Below, in pieces: positions 40,916-51,939 of a stretch of 64,000 nt of DNA. The notes under the pieces are model-generated. The model made no database searches and was not told where the DNA came from. It was given only the letters and a program-made list of their open reading frames with translations. The DNA comes from Candidatus Latescibacterota bacterium (GTDB taxonomy: Bacteria; Latescibacterota; UBA2968; UBA8231): contig CBDCXV010000001.1 of the NCBI GenBank assembly GCA_965223905.1, positions 1 through 64,000 of the forward strand, given 5' to 3'. The position numbers were made by a program, and so were the translations under genes. How positions within the stretch are numbered: position 1 is the stretch's first letter; every line of letters begins with the position of its first letter.

Positions 40916-41163
40916 GGTGTCGTCGCACACACAAAATAGGCGGTCACGCCGACATAACCCGTAAATTCCCGGTGGGGGAATATTCCGTCCTGCATGCCCA
41001 CCAACGGGAGGTTAGGAGGCAAATTCAGACTGGGGTTGAGGCGGAGCCCCCTCAGAGGAGACATCCCCAGGCGTCAAGCCCGTAGTCCCGTGGACGGCTT
41101 GGCCTGATCCCTGTTACCAATGGAACCGGTACCAGTAGAAAGGAGTAGGAGGGTCGACTAACC

Positions 41164-42104
41164 ATGCTCCACGTTTTCATGTCCTATTCGCACGTAGATG
41201 AAACCCTGCGAAACGAGCTGGAAAAGCACCTTTCCGGTCTTCGGCGACAGGGGGTAATCACGACTTGGCACGACCGCAGGATCGGTCCCGGAGAAGATCT
41301 TCACGGTCAGATCAGCGTCCAGCTCAACACCGCGAACATCATTTGCTCCTGGTCAGCGCGGACTTTCTCAACTCCGACTATTGCTATGACGTCGAGTTGA
41401 TTCGGGCAATGGAACGCCACGAACAAGGCGATGCGCGCATTTTACCGGTCATCCTACGACCGTGTGATTGGCATGGGGCGCCGTTCGGCAAGTTGAGGGC
41501 TGTGCCCGCTGACGGAAAACCTGTGGTCAAACACGCAACTCTGGACGAAGGATTCCTCGAGGTTGCCCAAGCAATTCGCGAAGTGGCAGGCGAAACGAGC
41601 CGGATTCCCGCCCCAAGCGCTTCGAAGCCCGTCTCGGATGGTGAAGGTATAGCACCCCGGGGTCCCCGTTCGAGCAATCTCAGAGTAAGGAGGGATTTCG
41701 CCGACCATGACCGCTACGCTTTTCTCCGCGACGCCTTCGAGTACATTTCCCGCTTTTTTGAGAACTCTTTGAGCGAGCTCCAAGAGCGAAACGAACAAGT
41801 GGAATCCGATTTCCGAAAGATTGATGCCAACAGGTTCGAGGCAAGAGCTTTTGTTGGTGGTGAAGAGCAGGGCTTTTGCGGTATCTGGCTCGGCGGGTTA
41901 TCGCGCACCGAGGGTCTGTTTTTCTCATTCGGTGGAATGGACAACGGCAGCTATAATGAGTCTATGTCGGTGGATGACGATGGCTACACGTTGTTCCTAA
42001 AGCCACTGGGGATGGCCCGCCTAGGCCAACAACATGACGATGAACTCACCATGGAGGGCGCTGCCGAATATTTCTGGGACCTATTTGTAGAAAGACTAAG
42101 GTAG
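41164..42104 (+). pseudogene. TIR-domain protein with a frameshift near 41342
   Basis: VFMSYSHVDE...WHDRRI...ANII continues in another frame as LLLVSADFLNSDYCYDVEL...ILPVILRPCDW. RBS AGGAGG. Confidence 0.85.
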
Positions 42105-43008
42105 AGCACGTGAGGAGGTACCTGGGGAAGCGTTGATTTCCTCGTCTGCTTCCTTGAGGAGCAGAGCGGCGGTCGAGCCGGCTTGCCAAGCAATCAAACC
42201 AATCCTCAAGGACCTATGGAGACTCCGGCATCCTTCTGCGGTCCTGTTCCAGCCAGGCCTGTGGATCTTCGGTTAGTGCCAGATCCGGATGGTCACCCCG
42301 AAGACGGTAAGGCCAAAATGAACCGCGGCGCCCGGTCCGAGGGCCCTGTTGTCTGTTGGGTCCTTCCGACTGCGGGATTCCTCCCAATTCACGACGTAAC
42401 GGAACGATCTCACCATTTTTTTGCTACCATCTGGAGGGTCTTAACGGCTCTCTGCAGGCCCCCACCGACTGCTCGAACTGGCCAAGCCGGGCTGCTGGAC
42501 GCCCGCAAGATCAGGAATCGGTGGTACTTCAACCCCGTTGAGGATTGGAAGGTCGCCTTTCCGGGACCCGTGGAAGCGTAGGAGATTGACCCGGGGCGGG
42601 GGACCAGATCCATCATGTCGGTCCAGCGCTGGGGGAAGACGTAGCTGTCCGACAGCGGCGGATCCCCGGGTGGGTGAAAACGCCTGGCATCGTGGTTCTC
42701 CGCGGCTGGGACCAGGACCCACAGGATTTCCATGGACCGCTACCAGTGATCCTCGATGGAGACCCAGGGCTCGGCGACGAAATGGTCCGCACGGCGCAAA
42801 ATACCCAAAACGGCTGCCCAAACGTCATACTGAGTTAGAGGAAAGAGAATTCCCGGCGAGTACCGGCAGCACTCAAGTGTGTTCAATGACAGGGGGGCCA
42901 CCCGCGCTCGCATCGCCCCCCGATGGGCGAAAGAATTCGGTATTTGTCACCGACGTAAGGAATTTCGTAGACTGCTGGTCAAACCTGCCTGACCTCCTGC
43001 ACGCAACC

Positions 43009-44337
43009 ATGCCGATCGAGGTTTTTTCCAATACTGCCCGTTCCCGGGAGAGCCAGAACAAGCTGCGGCCGGAAGACAAGGCGATCCACGAATGGTACCG
43101 GTTCGTTCTGTCGTTTCCGCCTCACCTGGTTCAGGACTATGTAGACCGTTTCGGCGTCGCTGCCTCGGACACGGTTCTCGACCCCTTCTGTGGAACGGGC
43201 ACGACATTGGTCGAGTGCAAGAAACTCGGTATCGGCAGCGTCGGCATCGAGTCGACCCCGATGCCCCATTTCGCGAGCTCCGTGAAGGTCGATTGGTCGG
43301 TCGAATCCACAGAACTCCAGGACTATTCCCGGGAGGTCGTGTCGTCTGCGAGAAGGACTCTGAAGCAGCAGGGGATCGACGAATGGGACGACACTCCTCT
43401 ATTTGCTGCGAAGAAAAGCCGCCGCTCTTCACTGCGAGGACTTCCTCCGGAACAGTCGAAACTGTTGCTGAAGGACTCGATCAGCCCGTTGCCACTGCAC
43501 AAGACGCTGGTACTACTGGACTCCATCGACCGGCACGGAAACAGCCGGGTGCAGCAATACGGACGACTCGCGCTCGCGAGCGCGCTGGTTCACCGTATCG
43601 GCAACCTGAAATTCGGCCCGGAAGTGGGGGTGGGTCAGGTCAAGAAGGACGCTCCGGTTTCGGAGGCCTGGCTCGACAGCATACGGACCATGATCCATGA
43701 CCTTCGTCTATACCAAGACCAGATTGACGTACCTTCCCGGGTTATCAGGGCAGATTCCCGGGGAGCCGGCCAAATCCTGAAACCACAGTCCATAGATGCC
43801 GTAATTACCTCCCCGCCGTACCCGAACGAGAAGGACTACACCCGTACCACCCGCCTGGAATCCGTCATCTTGGGACTCATACGTGACAGAAAGGAATTGC
43901 GGTCTCTGAAACAGAACCTGATCAGGTCCAATACCAGGGGGGTGTATAAATCCGACACGGATGATCGCGAGGTTGCCGACAACGTCGAGATACGTAGTAT
44001 CGCCGACGCCATAGAGAGACGCCGTATCGAGCTGGGCAAGACATCCGGATTCGAGCGTCTGTACCCGCGGGTAACCCAGCTGTACTTCGGCGGAATGGCA
44101 CGGCATCTTTCCTCCCTCAGACCAGTCCTCAGGCCGGGGGCAAAGCTCGCCTACGTGGTGGGTGACCAGGCTTCCTATTTGAGAGTAATGATCCGCACTG
44201 GACAGCTGCTTGCGGATCTCGCCCGATCCCTGAACTACAAAGTCACCGGCATCGACCTGTTTCGGACCAGACCATCAACGGTTACGGGCGATCAGCTTCG
44301 AGAAGAGGTCGTTCTCCTGGAATGGCAGGGCAACTGA
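43009..44337 (+). CDS. DNA methyltransferase (N4-C/N6-A type)
   Basis: Motif I VLDPFCGTGTT precedes motif IV ITSPPY. N-terminal HEWYRF. Confidence 0.9.
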   Translation: MPIEVFSNTARSRESQNKLRPEDKAIHEWYRFVLSFPPHLVQDYVDRFGVAASDTVLDPFCGTGTTLVECKKLGIGSVGIESTPMPHFASSVKVDWSVESTELQDYSREVVSSARRTLKQQGIDEWDDTPLFAAKKSRRSSLRGLPPEQSKLLLKDSISPLPLHKTLVLLDSIDRHGNSRVQQYGRLALASALVHRIGNLKFGPEVGVGQVKKDAPVSEAWLDSIRTMIHDLRLYQDQIDVPSRVIRADSRGAGQILKPQSIDAVITSPPYPNEKDYTRTTRLESVILGLIRDRKELRSLKQNLIRSNTRGVYKSDTDDREVADNVEIRSIADAIERRRIELGKTSGFERLYPRVTQLYFGGMARHLSSLRPVLRPGAKLAYVVGDQASYLRVMIRTGQLLADLARSLNYKVTGIDLFRTRPSTVTGDQLREEVVLLEWQGN

Positions 44338-44353
44338 CCGAGAGGGGGGAATC

Positions 44354-45157
44354 ATTCCTTCAAAGAATCGCTATACAGCTATCATCGAGGCGATTTTCCA
44401 CGCCAAGTATGAAAGCGGACAACGGGAGGTGAACTTCGAACGAGAGGAGATTTCCGAGTTCGCTTCCAATTTAAAAATCCGCCTGCCCAAGAACCTGGGC
44501 GATGTGATCTACAGCTTCCGGTACAGAACGGGTCTCCCTTCCAGCATTCTGGAAAAAGCACCTGCCGGAGAAACTTGGATCATCCGCCCGGCTGGGAGGA
44601 GCAAATACCGCTTTGCCCTGGTCAGCGCCCGACCTCTTGCTCCCAACCGAAACTACGCGTCTACGAAAATACCCGACTCGACTCCGGGAATAATCGCCAA
44701 GTACGCATTCAGCGACGAACAGGCCGTGTTGGCCCGCGTTCGCTACAATCGGCTGATCGACATTTTCCTCGGAATCGCCTGATACTCCCTTCAAAATCAT
44801 TTGCGGACGACGGTCCGCGGTATGGGACAGGTAGAAACGGACGAGATTTACGTCGGCCTAGATAAGAGCGGATCTCACTACGTGGTGCCAGTTCAGGCCA
44901 AGGGTGGAAACGACAGTCTCAACAGAGTACAAATCGAGCAGGACATTGCCCTTTGTGAGAACAAGCTGCCGTCTCTGATCTGCCGGCCCGTAGGAACCCA
45001 ACTAATGCAGGATGACCTGATCGCGCTCTTCGAGTTCGAGCAGGAAGGCGACGGTGTAAAGGTGGTATCGGAGAAGCACTACCAGTTGGTGCCGCCGGAT
45101 GCCGTGAGCTTGGAGGACTTGGAAAAGTACCGGAAGCGATTGTCCGACGGGATGTAA
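44354..45157 (+). pseudogene. Cognate restriction endonuclease-like gene with ATT start and internal TGA (44780-44782)
   Basis: Single frame IPSKNRY...DIFLGIA*YSLQNHLRTTV...QVETDEIYVG...PVQAKGG with PD-(D/E)xK-like motifs, directly after the MTase. Confidence 0.75.
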
Positions 45158-45220
45158 TCGAGCGCCTTTGCAGGCGAGGATCGCGGCGGTCAGGGAGGCA
45201 CCGCCTGACCGCGGGTCCAC

Positions 45221-45619
45221 CTACGGCTGACCCGCGGTCAGGGCGCGCGCGGCAACCATTCCGGCGGAGGTGGCCAGCAGGCAGCCGCCGACGCTCAAGC
45301 CGATGTTGGCGAGCAAGGCCGGCCAGCGGCCTTCGTTCCATAGCTGGACCGATTCGTAGCTGAACGCCGAAAACGTGGTGAAAGCCCCGAGAAAGCCGGC
45401 CATCACCAGCAACCTCACCGCGGCCCCGGCGAGCACCCGGTCGGCCAGTCCCGCCGCCAGGAAGCCGATTGCCAGGGACCCGATGACATTCACCGCCAGG
45501 GTGCCGTAAGGGAACTGCCCTGAGTGGGCGCCGATCCAGCCGCTCAGGAGAAACCTCCCGGCGGCGCCAAAGAACCCGCCGACACCGACCAGCGCCGCGT
45601 CCCGTAACAAATCGCTCAT
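45221..45619 (-). CDS. crcB: Fluoride channel Fluc/CrcB
   Basis: GGFFGAAGR, FPYGTLAVN and GFLGAFTTFS. Confidence 0.92.
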   Translation of the reverse strand: MSDLLRDAALVGVGGFFGAAGRFLLSGWIGAHSGQFPYGTLAVNVIGSLAIGFLAAGLADRVLAGAAVRLLVMAGFLGAFTTFSAFSYESVQLWNEGRWPALLANIGLSVGGCLLATSAGMVAARALTAGQP

Positions 45620-46033
45620 CCGTGGCCCCCACTCGTCACCAGATTGGCCAACCATATCAGCAACCTTCTCATGTTTCGTTTACCTCGGTTCCGTCTTCGG
45701 CGTGTGATGCCAGCCCGGTGAGCGTCGCCCTGGCGCACCCGTCGGTGGGTCGCCGACCGGCTGTCGACCCGAATACACCGATTTTCGGCTCGCGTCCTTA
45801 CTACATTAGAACGGAATAGCAATTGATTAGCGGCTCGCTTCGCGGATGCGCAATTGGAATCGGGGAACCGTTTCGGATTCGGCCGGCCGGCAACCGTATC
45901 AGGCGGTAACGCGGATCCCCGTCATTGCAGGAACCACGCCATCTTATTCTCGGTCTGTTTCAAGACGCAATCATTGTGCCCCTTGGTTCGTTAAAGAGGC
46001 AAGTCCCATCACCCATCAACAAGGAGAAAGACC

Positions 46034-46438
46034 GTGCGCATCGCCATCGCCCTCAGCCTCGCCATCCTCCTCACCACCTCTGCTCACTCCGCCGACGACC
46101 CTGCCATCCCGAAAGAGGACAAGGCGGTGGTGCAGAAGGCCATGCAGGAGCACATCGCCGCGAATCGCGTCGGTGAGCAGTATATCATCTATGATGGAGT
46201 CTCAGGGGAGCTCCTGCGCCTCAGTTTCGTCGAGCTCCATGCCGGTGTCGTCCGCAAGGGGGAGTTCTACGTGAGCTGCGCCGACTTCACCGCCGCCGAT
46301 AGCACCAGGATCGACGTCGACTTCCTCGTCGCCGGCGACAAGGACGACCTGCGGGTTCTCGACGCCATCGTCCACAAGGTGGCCGGAACCAAGCGTCCCT
46401 ACCGCGTCGAAGACATGCCGGACGAATCGAAGGATTGA
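46034..46438 (+). CDS. Secreted hypothetical protein
   Basis: RBS AAGGAG, GTG start, signal peptide ending AHS-A. Confidence 0.65.
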   Translation: MRIAIALSLAILLTTSAHSADDPAIPKEDKAVVQKAMQEHIAANRVGEQYIIYDGVSGELLRLSFVELHAGVVRKGEFYVSCADFTAADSTRIDVDFLVAGDKDDLRVLDAIVHKVAGTKRPYRVEDMPDESKD

Positions 46439-46570
46439 GGGAGCTGATCCAGGCTGGATACGGCTATGCACCCGGCCCGACGGAGGATCTGCACCTGGAC
46501 CGGGTCGATCTGACACAGGCCTTGTCCCGCCTGCGGTCCGAGGAACGCGAGGCGATCCAGCTGCAGGCTC
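46435..46570 (+). pseudogene. Possible ECF sigma factor region-4 remnant
   Basis: DRVDLTQALSRLRSEEREAIQL. Confidence 0.3.
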
Positions 46571-46629
46571 CCGTCAACTGGACCACCTCATCATCGAGAC
46601 CCGTGCCGGCATCGGCCTGCCGCGTCGGA

Positions 46630-46677
46630 TTGATTCCGTCAGACGATTTGTTATCATTACGACATGATGTGATAACA
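46630..46677 (+). promoter_or_regulatory. vapBC promoter/operator
   Basis: TTGATT-16-TATCAT with TG extension, overlapped by the inverted repeat TGTTATCA (46649-46656) / TGATAACA (46670-46677). Confidence 0.55.
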
Positions 46678-46690
46678 TGGAGCCATTGGA

Positions 46691-46942
46691 ATGATTCGAA
46701 CACAGATTCAGTTGACCGACGAACAGGCGCGGCACGTCAAGCGGATCGCCGCCGAGCGGCAGGTTTCGATGGCGACGGTGATTCGCCAGGGGGTCGATCT
46801 TCTGCTGCGTTCGACGGAGACAGCCCCAACCGATGACGAGCGCATCGAACGTGCGCTATCGGTGGCCGGCCAATTCCGATCCGGCGGCGGCGATGGGGCC
46901 GCGCAACATGACCTCCACCTGCAGGATGCCTACCGCAGGTGA
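46691..46942 (+). CDS. vapB: RHH/CopG-type antitoxin
   Basis: MIRTQIQL...SMATVIR and C-terminal HD.HL. GTGA overlap with the PIN gene. Confidence 0.85.
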   Translation: MIRTQIQLTDEQARHVKRIAAERQVSMATVIRQGVDLLLRSTETAPTDDERIERALSVAGQFRSGGGDGAAQHDLHLQDAYRR

Positions 46943-47373
46943 GTGTCCTCGTCGATACCTCCGCGCTTTACGCAGTTCTCGATGCCGACGACGATCAGCA
47001 TCCGCGGGCCATGGCTGAATGGCACCGTCTCGTGCGCGGCGCGTTCTCCCTCGTGACGACCAGCTATATCCTCGTGGAGACGACGGCCCTCATCCAGCAC
47101 CGGCTTGGGATGGAGGCCGTTCGCGCCCTCGATCAGGACATCAGACCGGTCCTGCGGGTCGAGTGGATTGACGAGGGTCTGCACGCCATCGGGATGGCCT
47201 CCATGCTCGCCGCTGGTCGCAGACGCCTGAGCCTCGTTGACTGCGTCAGTTTTGCTTTCATGTCCCGTGCAGGGCTGCGGGAAGTTTTTGCCTTCGACGA
47301 GCACTTCGCCGAACGGGGCTTCTCGTGCATCCCATCGGACGCTTCCACGACGATCAAGCCTCTCGATCCGTAG
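46939..47373 (+). CDS. vapC: PIN-domain toxin
   Basis: VDTSALYA...D..H, ILVET, LSLVDCVSF and FAFDEHF. Confidence 0.9.
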   Translation: MSVLVDTSALYAVLDADDDQHPRAMAEWHRLVRGAFSLVTTSYILVETTALIQHRLGMEAVRALDQDIRPVLRVEWIDEGLHAIGMASMLAAGRRRLSLVDCVSFAFMSRAGLREVFAFDEHFAERGFSCIPSDASTTIKPLDP

Positions 47374-47424
47374 AAGGGGGCGAGTCCGAGGCTCTCAGGC
47401 GACCACTGCAGGCCGCGCGAAAAG

Positions 47425-48642
47425 TCAGGATAACCCGCCCACCAGACTCTGAACCGATGTTTCAAGTTCATGGGTTATCTGTTCTACCGTTTCTCTCCTT
47501 TTTGTTCTGTAGGTATCATAGCATTCCCGGAGATTCTTCGGTTCACCGACGCGGACTGATGCCACCCGCGGTCCTCGCATATCCGACCTGCCCAATACTT
47601 CCCTTTCAAGACGGAGAATCACATCGAGAAACCGCTCCGGCGATGGATCTTCGGCGACATACCCGTCGGATATTGATATGAAATTGACCAACCGTTCCAG
47701 ATCGGGATAGAACTGTTGAAATTTCCGGAGCCGTTCTTCGTGTACTTTTTGTTCGTACTCCGTCATCTCCTCGATGTCCCTGTAGACATGGGAATCTACC
47801 ATGTTTTTCAACGCGCGTGTCCTGGTGAGTAAGTCGGCTTCAGTCTGGATACCCATGATCCCTTCGGCACGTGAGAGGATCGCATCTTTCAACCTTTCGA
47901 TATGTACATCGAGGGACGCGGTTTCGTCTATCTTGTACTGATACTCCGATGCGAGTGTCCTGAATATCGCGACACCGATGCGGCGCAACCGATCATAGCG
48001 TTCTACGGGGGTCCGTTCGGCAGGCGGGAGGATATGCCGTTCCAATCGCCGCAGAGCAGCATCGATAGAGTGCCACATGTCTTGTGGGTAATAGTATTTG
48101 ATGCCGATCGGCACAACATAGAGCGACTTGCCGACTTCCGCTTTTTCGATATCGTCCAAAGCCCAGAAGCACATCTGTACAATGCCTCTCTCAAATCGCA
48201 TGACGGTGTCATTCTGGCGTGAAATTTCCCCCTCCCCAAAGATGACGACCGGCCAGTCGCCCTTGCACAACAGCTCCCGCGTCATTCGGAAGGCATCTCT
48301 GTCTACAGTTCCACGCACGACCGAGTACACACCGACCCGCTGCATCAAATAGCATCTGACAGCCCCGAACCTGCCCTTGTCGAAGACTTCCCGAGCTGCC
48401 ATATAGTAGAACGGTTGGGATAACCGCTTCGACAAGAGAAACATGACCACCGGATCTTCGTGCGCCGGATGGTTGGGGGCCAGGACCGCAGAATGCCCAT
48501 GTAGCGCCTCCAGCCTGGCAATGGATTCTGCATCGACATCCAGCGTCAACCCTTTCAAATACCAGCGATTCACAAGCGGTATCAGGGTTCGTACAATTTG
48601 GATCGTTGTCTTACTCGGTTCCGGTGGTTTGAAATCCAACAT
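47425..48642 (-). CDS. PlsC-like lysophospholipid acyltransferase
   Basis: NHPAHED (HxxxxD), FGEGEIS and VVPIGIKY. Confidence 0.85.
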   Translation of the reverse strand: MLDFKPPEPSKTTIQIVRTLIPLVNRWYLKGLTLDVDAESIARLEALHGHSAVLAPNHPAHEDPVVMFLLSKRLSQPFYYMAAREVFDKGRFGAVRCYLMQRVGVYSVVRGTVDRDAFRMTRELLCKGDWPVVIFGEGEISRQNDTVMRFERGIVQMCFWALDDIEKAEVGKSLYVVPIGIKYYYPQDMWHSIDAALRRLERHILPPAERTPVERYDRLRRIGVAIFRTLASEYQYKIDETASLDVHIERLKDAILSRAEGIMGIQTEADLLTRTRALKNMVDSHVYRDIEEMTEYEQKVHEERLRKFQQFYPDLERLVNFISISDGYVAEDPSPERFLDVILRLEREVLGRSDMRGPRVASVRVGEPKNLRECYDTYRTKRRETVEQITHELETSVQSLVGGLS

Positions 48643-48659
48643 CCTGTCCTGTCTTTGCG

Positions 48660-49283
48660 TTATCCCCTGCGCGAAAGCCTCCAGACATCCGGCTCCATAT
48701 TGTTTCCCGCCACCATCCACAGAGACCCGTCGAAAACGAACACGCTCCCCGCATGCCGGGGCGCCCAGGGAGTATCGGGCAATTCGGTCCAGTCCACGCC
48801 GTCGGGCGAATGCCACACATCGCGGCGATTCCCACTCTCAGCTGCCCAGCCTTCGAGCACCCACATACGGTCGTCGAACGCGGCCACCTCGTGGTATTGC
48901 CTTGGCGCCCACGGAGCGTGCGTCGTGTGCCGTTCCCAGTTCACCCCATCATCCGAGCTCCACACGTCGTTGTAGAACTTCCGGACAGGAGTTTCTGGAG
49001 TATCGTAGGTACCCCCGCCCAGAATCCACATCCGGCCGTCATGCACCGCGTAACCTGCCGTATGCCTACCCTCCCAGGGCGCATGAGGATTCTCCAGCGT
49101 CCAGGAGGCGCCATCGGCCGACGACCGGACCTCGCTGTTGCAGATCAGCGGGAAATGGACTTTGTCCCCGGGGTTCCAGCCGCCCAGCAGCCACATTCTT
49201 TCCCTGAAAACCAGCGCGCCAGCCCCGTCTCGAGCCGCGAACGCCCCTTTCTCAGCTACCAGGCGCCACTCGTATTTCGCCAT
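48660..49283 (-). CDS. Kelch/galactose-oxidase-like repeat protein (possibly internally deleted)
   Basis: Repeated APW..R.......RMW.LGG.......DVW.S.DG..W units. Confidence 0.75.
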   Translation of the reverse strand: MAKYEWRLVAEKGAFAARDGAGALVFRERMWLLGGWNPGDKVHFPLICNSEVRSSADGASWTLENPHAPWEGRHTAGYAVHDGRMWILGGGTYDTPETPVRKFYNDVWSSDDGVNWERHTTHAPWAPRQYHEVAAFDDRMWVLEGWAAESGNRRDVWHSPDGVDWTELPDTPWAPRHAGSVFVFDGSLWMVAGNNMEPDVWRLSRRG

Positions 49284-49566
49284 TTGTTTTTCAAATTCCT
49301 GATTACAGATACATACTCAAACTTTCAACTTCACGATTTTCTATAGAAAAGCCACGGATTCAAGATCTCGAAATCTCTTGATTCCAGGACACGTAACAAT
49401 TTAAATTCTGGCGGATTTCTAACCCGTCTCTTCGTATCGGTATGCAGACGGTTGCCAAAACACATTGACCGTAACTCGAGGTTGTCGTCGTGCCTGCCAC
49501 TTGCAGTATACGTGAGCCCTCCAGCGTGCGGGCCGCCCTGGCCCACCGGGGCGGCTCGCTTCCAAT

Positions 49567-51019
49567 TTGAGACCGGATTCGACCCTGTTCGCGCGGATCG
49601 GGGGCGCTGTGTTGTCGGAAGAATCATCGACGGTCTGTATGATCGCATCGAGATAGACGTCGAACTACGTCCCATGTTCACCCGGACGTTCACTTCCGAA
49701 CGCATGAAGCAGAAGGCCTTCATGGAAGAATGGATGGGCGGTGAACCGGATTACACCCGTCATCATGCCCACGGCGGTATCAAAAGAATCCGCGAAGCGG
49801 TGGCTGATGCATATGACCGCGTCGCTGCGTGACAACGTCGGGGAGGAGCGGCTCGTCGATGAAGTTCTTTCGACGCTCGGACCCCTCGCTCACGGCCTCG
49901 TCAACGAGGATAAACCCCCGCAAAACCGGTGGCAACTGCGATGCCACAGGGAGAAAAGATGCAGGCAGCCGGCCAAACTGGCGGCTCGGGGTCAACTGGA
50001 GGAACTGAAACGACTCCTGGACGAAGATCCCGCCATTTTGAGTGATCCGCGGCAGGGGCGATTCTCCTGGTTGAAGCTGCCTCGCGGGGACGCACCGCCG
50101 TAGCGGCCATGCTGCTGGAACGGGGAGGGGACGTCAACCTGCCGGCGCCGCACACGAGCGCTCTCATGATGACCCCTTACTGCCCCTCCCGCTACAAAAA
50201 ATAAACTCGAAACCTCCGGTTTTCTTCTGAACATGGAGCCGTGTACGACATCTTCAGCGCCTGTTTTCTCGGCGATCTGGATCGGATATCGACGCTGCTC
50301 CAGGAAGTACCCGATCTGGTCAATGCACACGATCCTGCCTGCGCTCTCCTTCCCGTAACCCCCATCCATCATGCCGTCTATGCCGGACACGAAGAGGTCG
50401 TGGAGTTCCTCTTCGAAATGGGTGCCGAACCTGGTATCAACAGCACTCCACTGGTCAGGTACGCCGCCGGTCGAGGACAGACGCGCCTGCTCAGGCTGTT
50501 GCTGAAGCGCGGCACCGACGCCTCGAGGACAGGCTGCGGACGCTGGGGCCTCGATCAGGACACCTCCGCCCTCCTGATGAGTCACGGGGCCGACGTCAAC
50601 TGCCCCGAAGGGGCCTGGGTGTGGACGGCATGTACGGGAAACAACAGCCAGAGGGACGACCCCCGTTACGTCCAGGCCCTGCTGGACCCCGAATCGACAC
50701 GGTACTGCGCGTCGCCCCAAGCGCTGCACTATGCATCCAAGGCGGGATTCACGGGTGTAATGGAAGTACTGCTGAAAAACCATGCCCCGGTCGACGCGCG
50801 GAGCGACATGGGGAAGACGCCCCTGTTTTTCGCGCTGAAGGCCGGACCGCGGGCGAACATGGTGAGAACCGTCGAGCTGCTTCTATCGCATGGGGCGGAT
50901 CCCCACCGGGAAGACGATTCCGGAAAACACCCTGGAGTATCGCCCGCCGCATGCGGCACCCGGACGCGGGCGAAATCATCGCGCTGTTCGACGCCGCCAG
51001 CTCTCGCCAGACGGCGTGA
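49567..51019 (+). pseudogene. Truncated-hemoglobin domain fused to ankyrin repeats, multiply frameshifted
   Basis: STLFARIGG / IIDGLYDRI...LRPMF...KQKAFMEEWMGGEPDY / AKRWLMHM, then ankyrin units TPIHHAV, LHYASKAG and GKTPLFFA. Confidence 0.7.
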
Positions 51020-51135
51020 TTTCTGAAGCTGTTGCTCATGCCATGCCTTCGGCACCGGGGTGAACCGCCACTGTCCATATCAGCTGGGGGAGTTATATTT
51101 CGACTCATTATGACTCTCAATAATGGTTCGCGCAC

Positions 51136-51375
51136 ATGAAATCTCTCACAATACACATGGACGAGGCCTTGGACCGTCGCGTTCGAGAAAAGGCAGCGAG
51201 TGAAGGAGTCAGCCTGAACCGGACCGTGACTCGCGTGCTGCGGGAGGCGTTGGGACTCAATCCCAAGAGCAACCGGGCCCAATTCGAAGACCATATCGGC
51301 GTCTGGAGCGAGGAGGAAAAACGCGAGTTCGACGCGCTGACCAGACGGGATGTCGACCCACGGGACTGGCAATGA
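51136..51375 (+). CDS. vapB: Antitoxin (RHH/FitA-like)
   Basis: LTIHMDE...REKAASEGVSLN and G.WSEEE..EF. ATGA overlap with the PIN gene. Confidence 0.8.
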   Translation: MKSLTIHMDEALDRRVREKAASEGVSLNRTVTRVLREALGLNPKSNRAQFEDHIGVWSEEEKREFDALTRRDVDPRDWQ

Positions 51376-51761
51376 AGGTCCTGCTCGACACCAACGCGTT
51401 GAGTGCCCTGTGGCACGGCGACGAGCGCATACTCGAAGCCCTCGATCAGGCCGAGCAGGTTCTCCTGTCCGTTATCGTTTTGGGTGAACTGCACGCCGGC
51501 TTCAGGGGCAGCAGCCGGCTGGTTGAAAACCGGGCCCGCCTGAACGACTTCCTTGGCAAGCCTCTTGTCGAGACCCTCGAGGTATCCGCAGAGACGTCCG
51601 AAGTCTATGGCCAGATCAAAGATTCTTTGCGCAAGGCAGGTAATCCGATTCCCATCAACGACGTTTGGCTGTCCGCCCAAGCGATAGAGATCGGGGCTGT
51701 TCTGGTTACCTTCGACGAACACTTTCGCCATGTTGCAGGTCTGCGGCGATGGGAGTTCTGA
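51372..51761 (+). CDS. vapC: PIN-domain toxin
   Basis: LLDTNA, IVLGEL, PIPINDVW and TFDEHF. Confidence 0.92.
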   Translation: MKVLLDTNALSALWHGDERILEALDQAEQVLLSVIVLGELHAGFRGSSRLVENRARLNDFLGKPLVETLEVSAETSEVYGQIKDSLRKAGNPIPINDVWLSAQAIEIGAVLVTFDEHFRHVAGLRRWEF

Positions 51762-51939
51762 TTCGAATCGGCAATCGACTGGACGCAGGGACGCCCCCGC
51801 GAGTGAGCGTTGATTGACGTGAGTTCAGGCGACGATGCGACCCCGGCGACGGAAACTCCTCGCGCCGAGCCGGGCCCTCAGCCTACCCCCTGGCCAGCTA
51901 GCCGATCACCCGGGCAACTGACAGCGAAAGAAACCTGAG

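Noticed and set aside
42183-42581. ORF ending LLDARKIRNRWYF (excisionase/HTH-like)
   Set aside because: Only a short motif; no integrase or att site visible.
45620-45840. Fluoride riboswitch upstream of crcB
   Set aside because: No convincing GAUGG...CUGAUG core on the minus strand.
46436-46447. Second TGA-GGG-AGC-TGA (UxxU spacing) at the end of the secreted protein gene
   Set aside because: The frame closes again ~21 codons later with non-protein-like sequence, and the downstream DNA reads better as a sigma-factor fragment in another frame. It shows the spacing alone can occur by chance.
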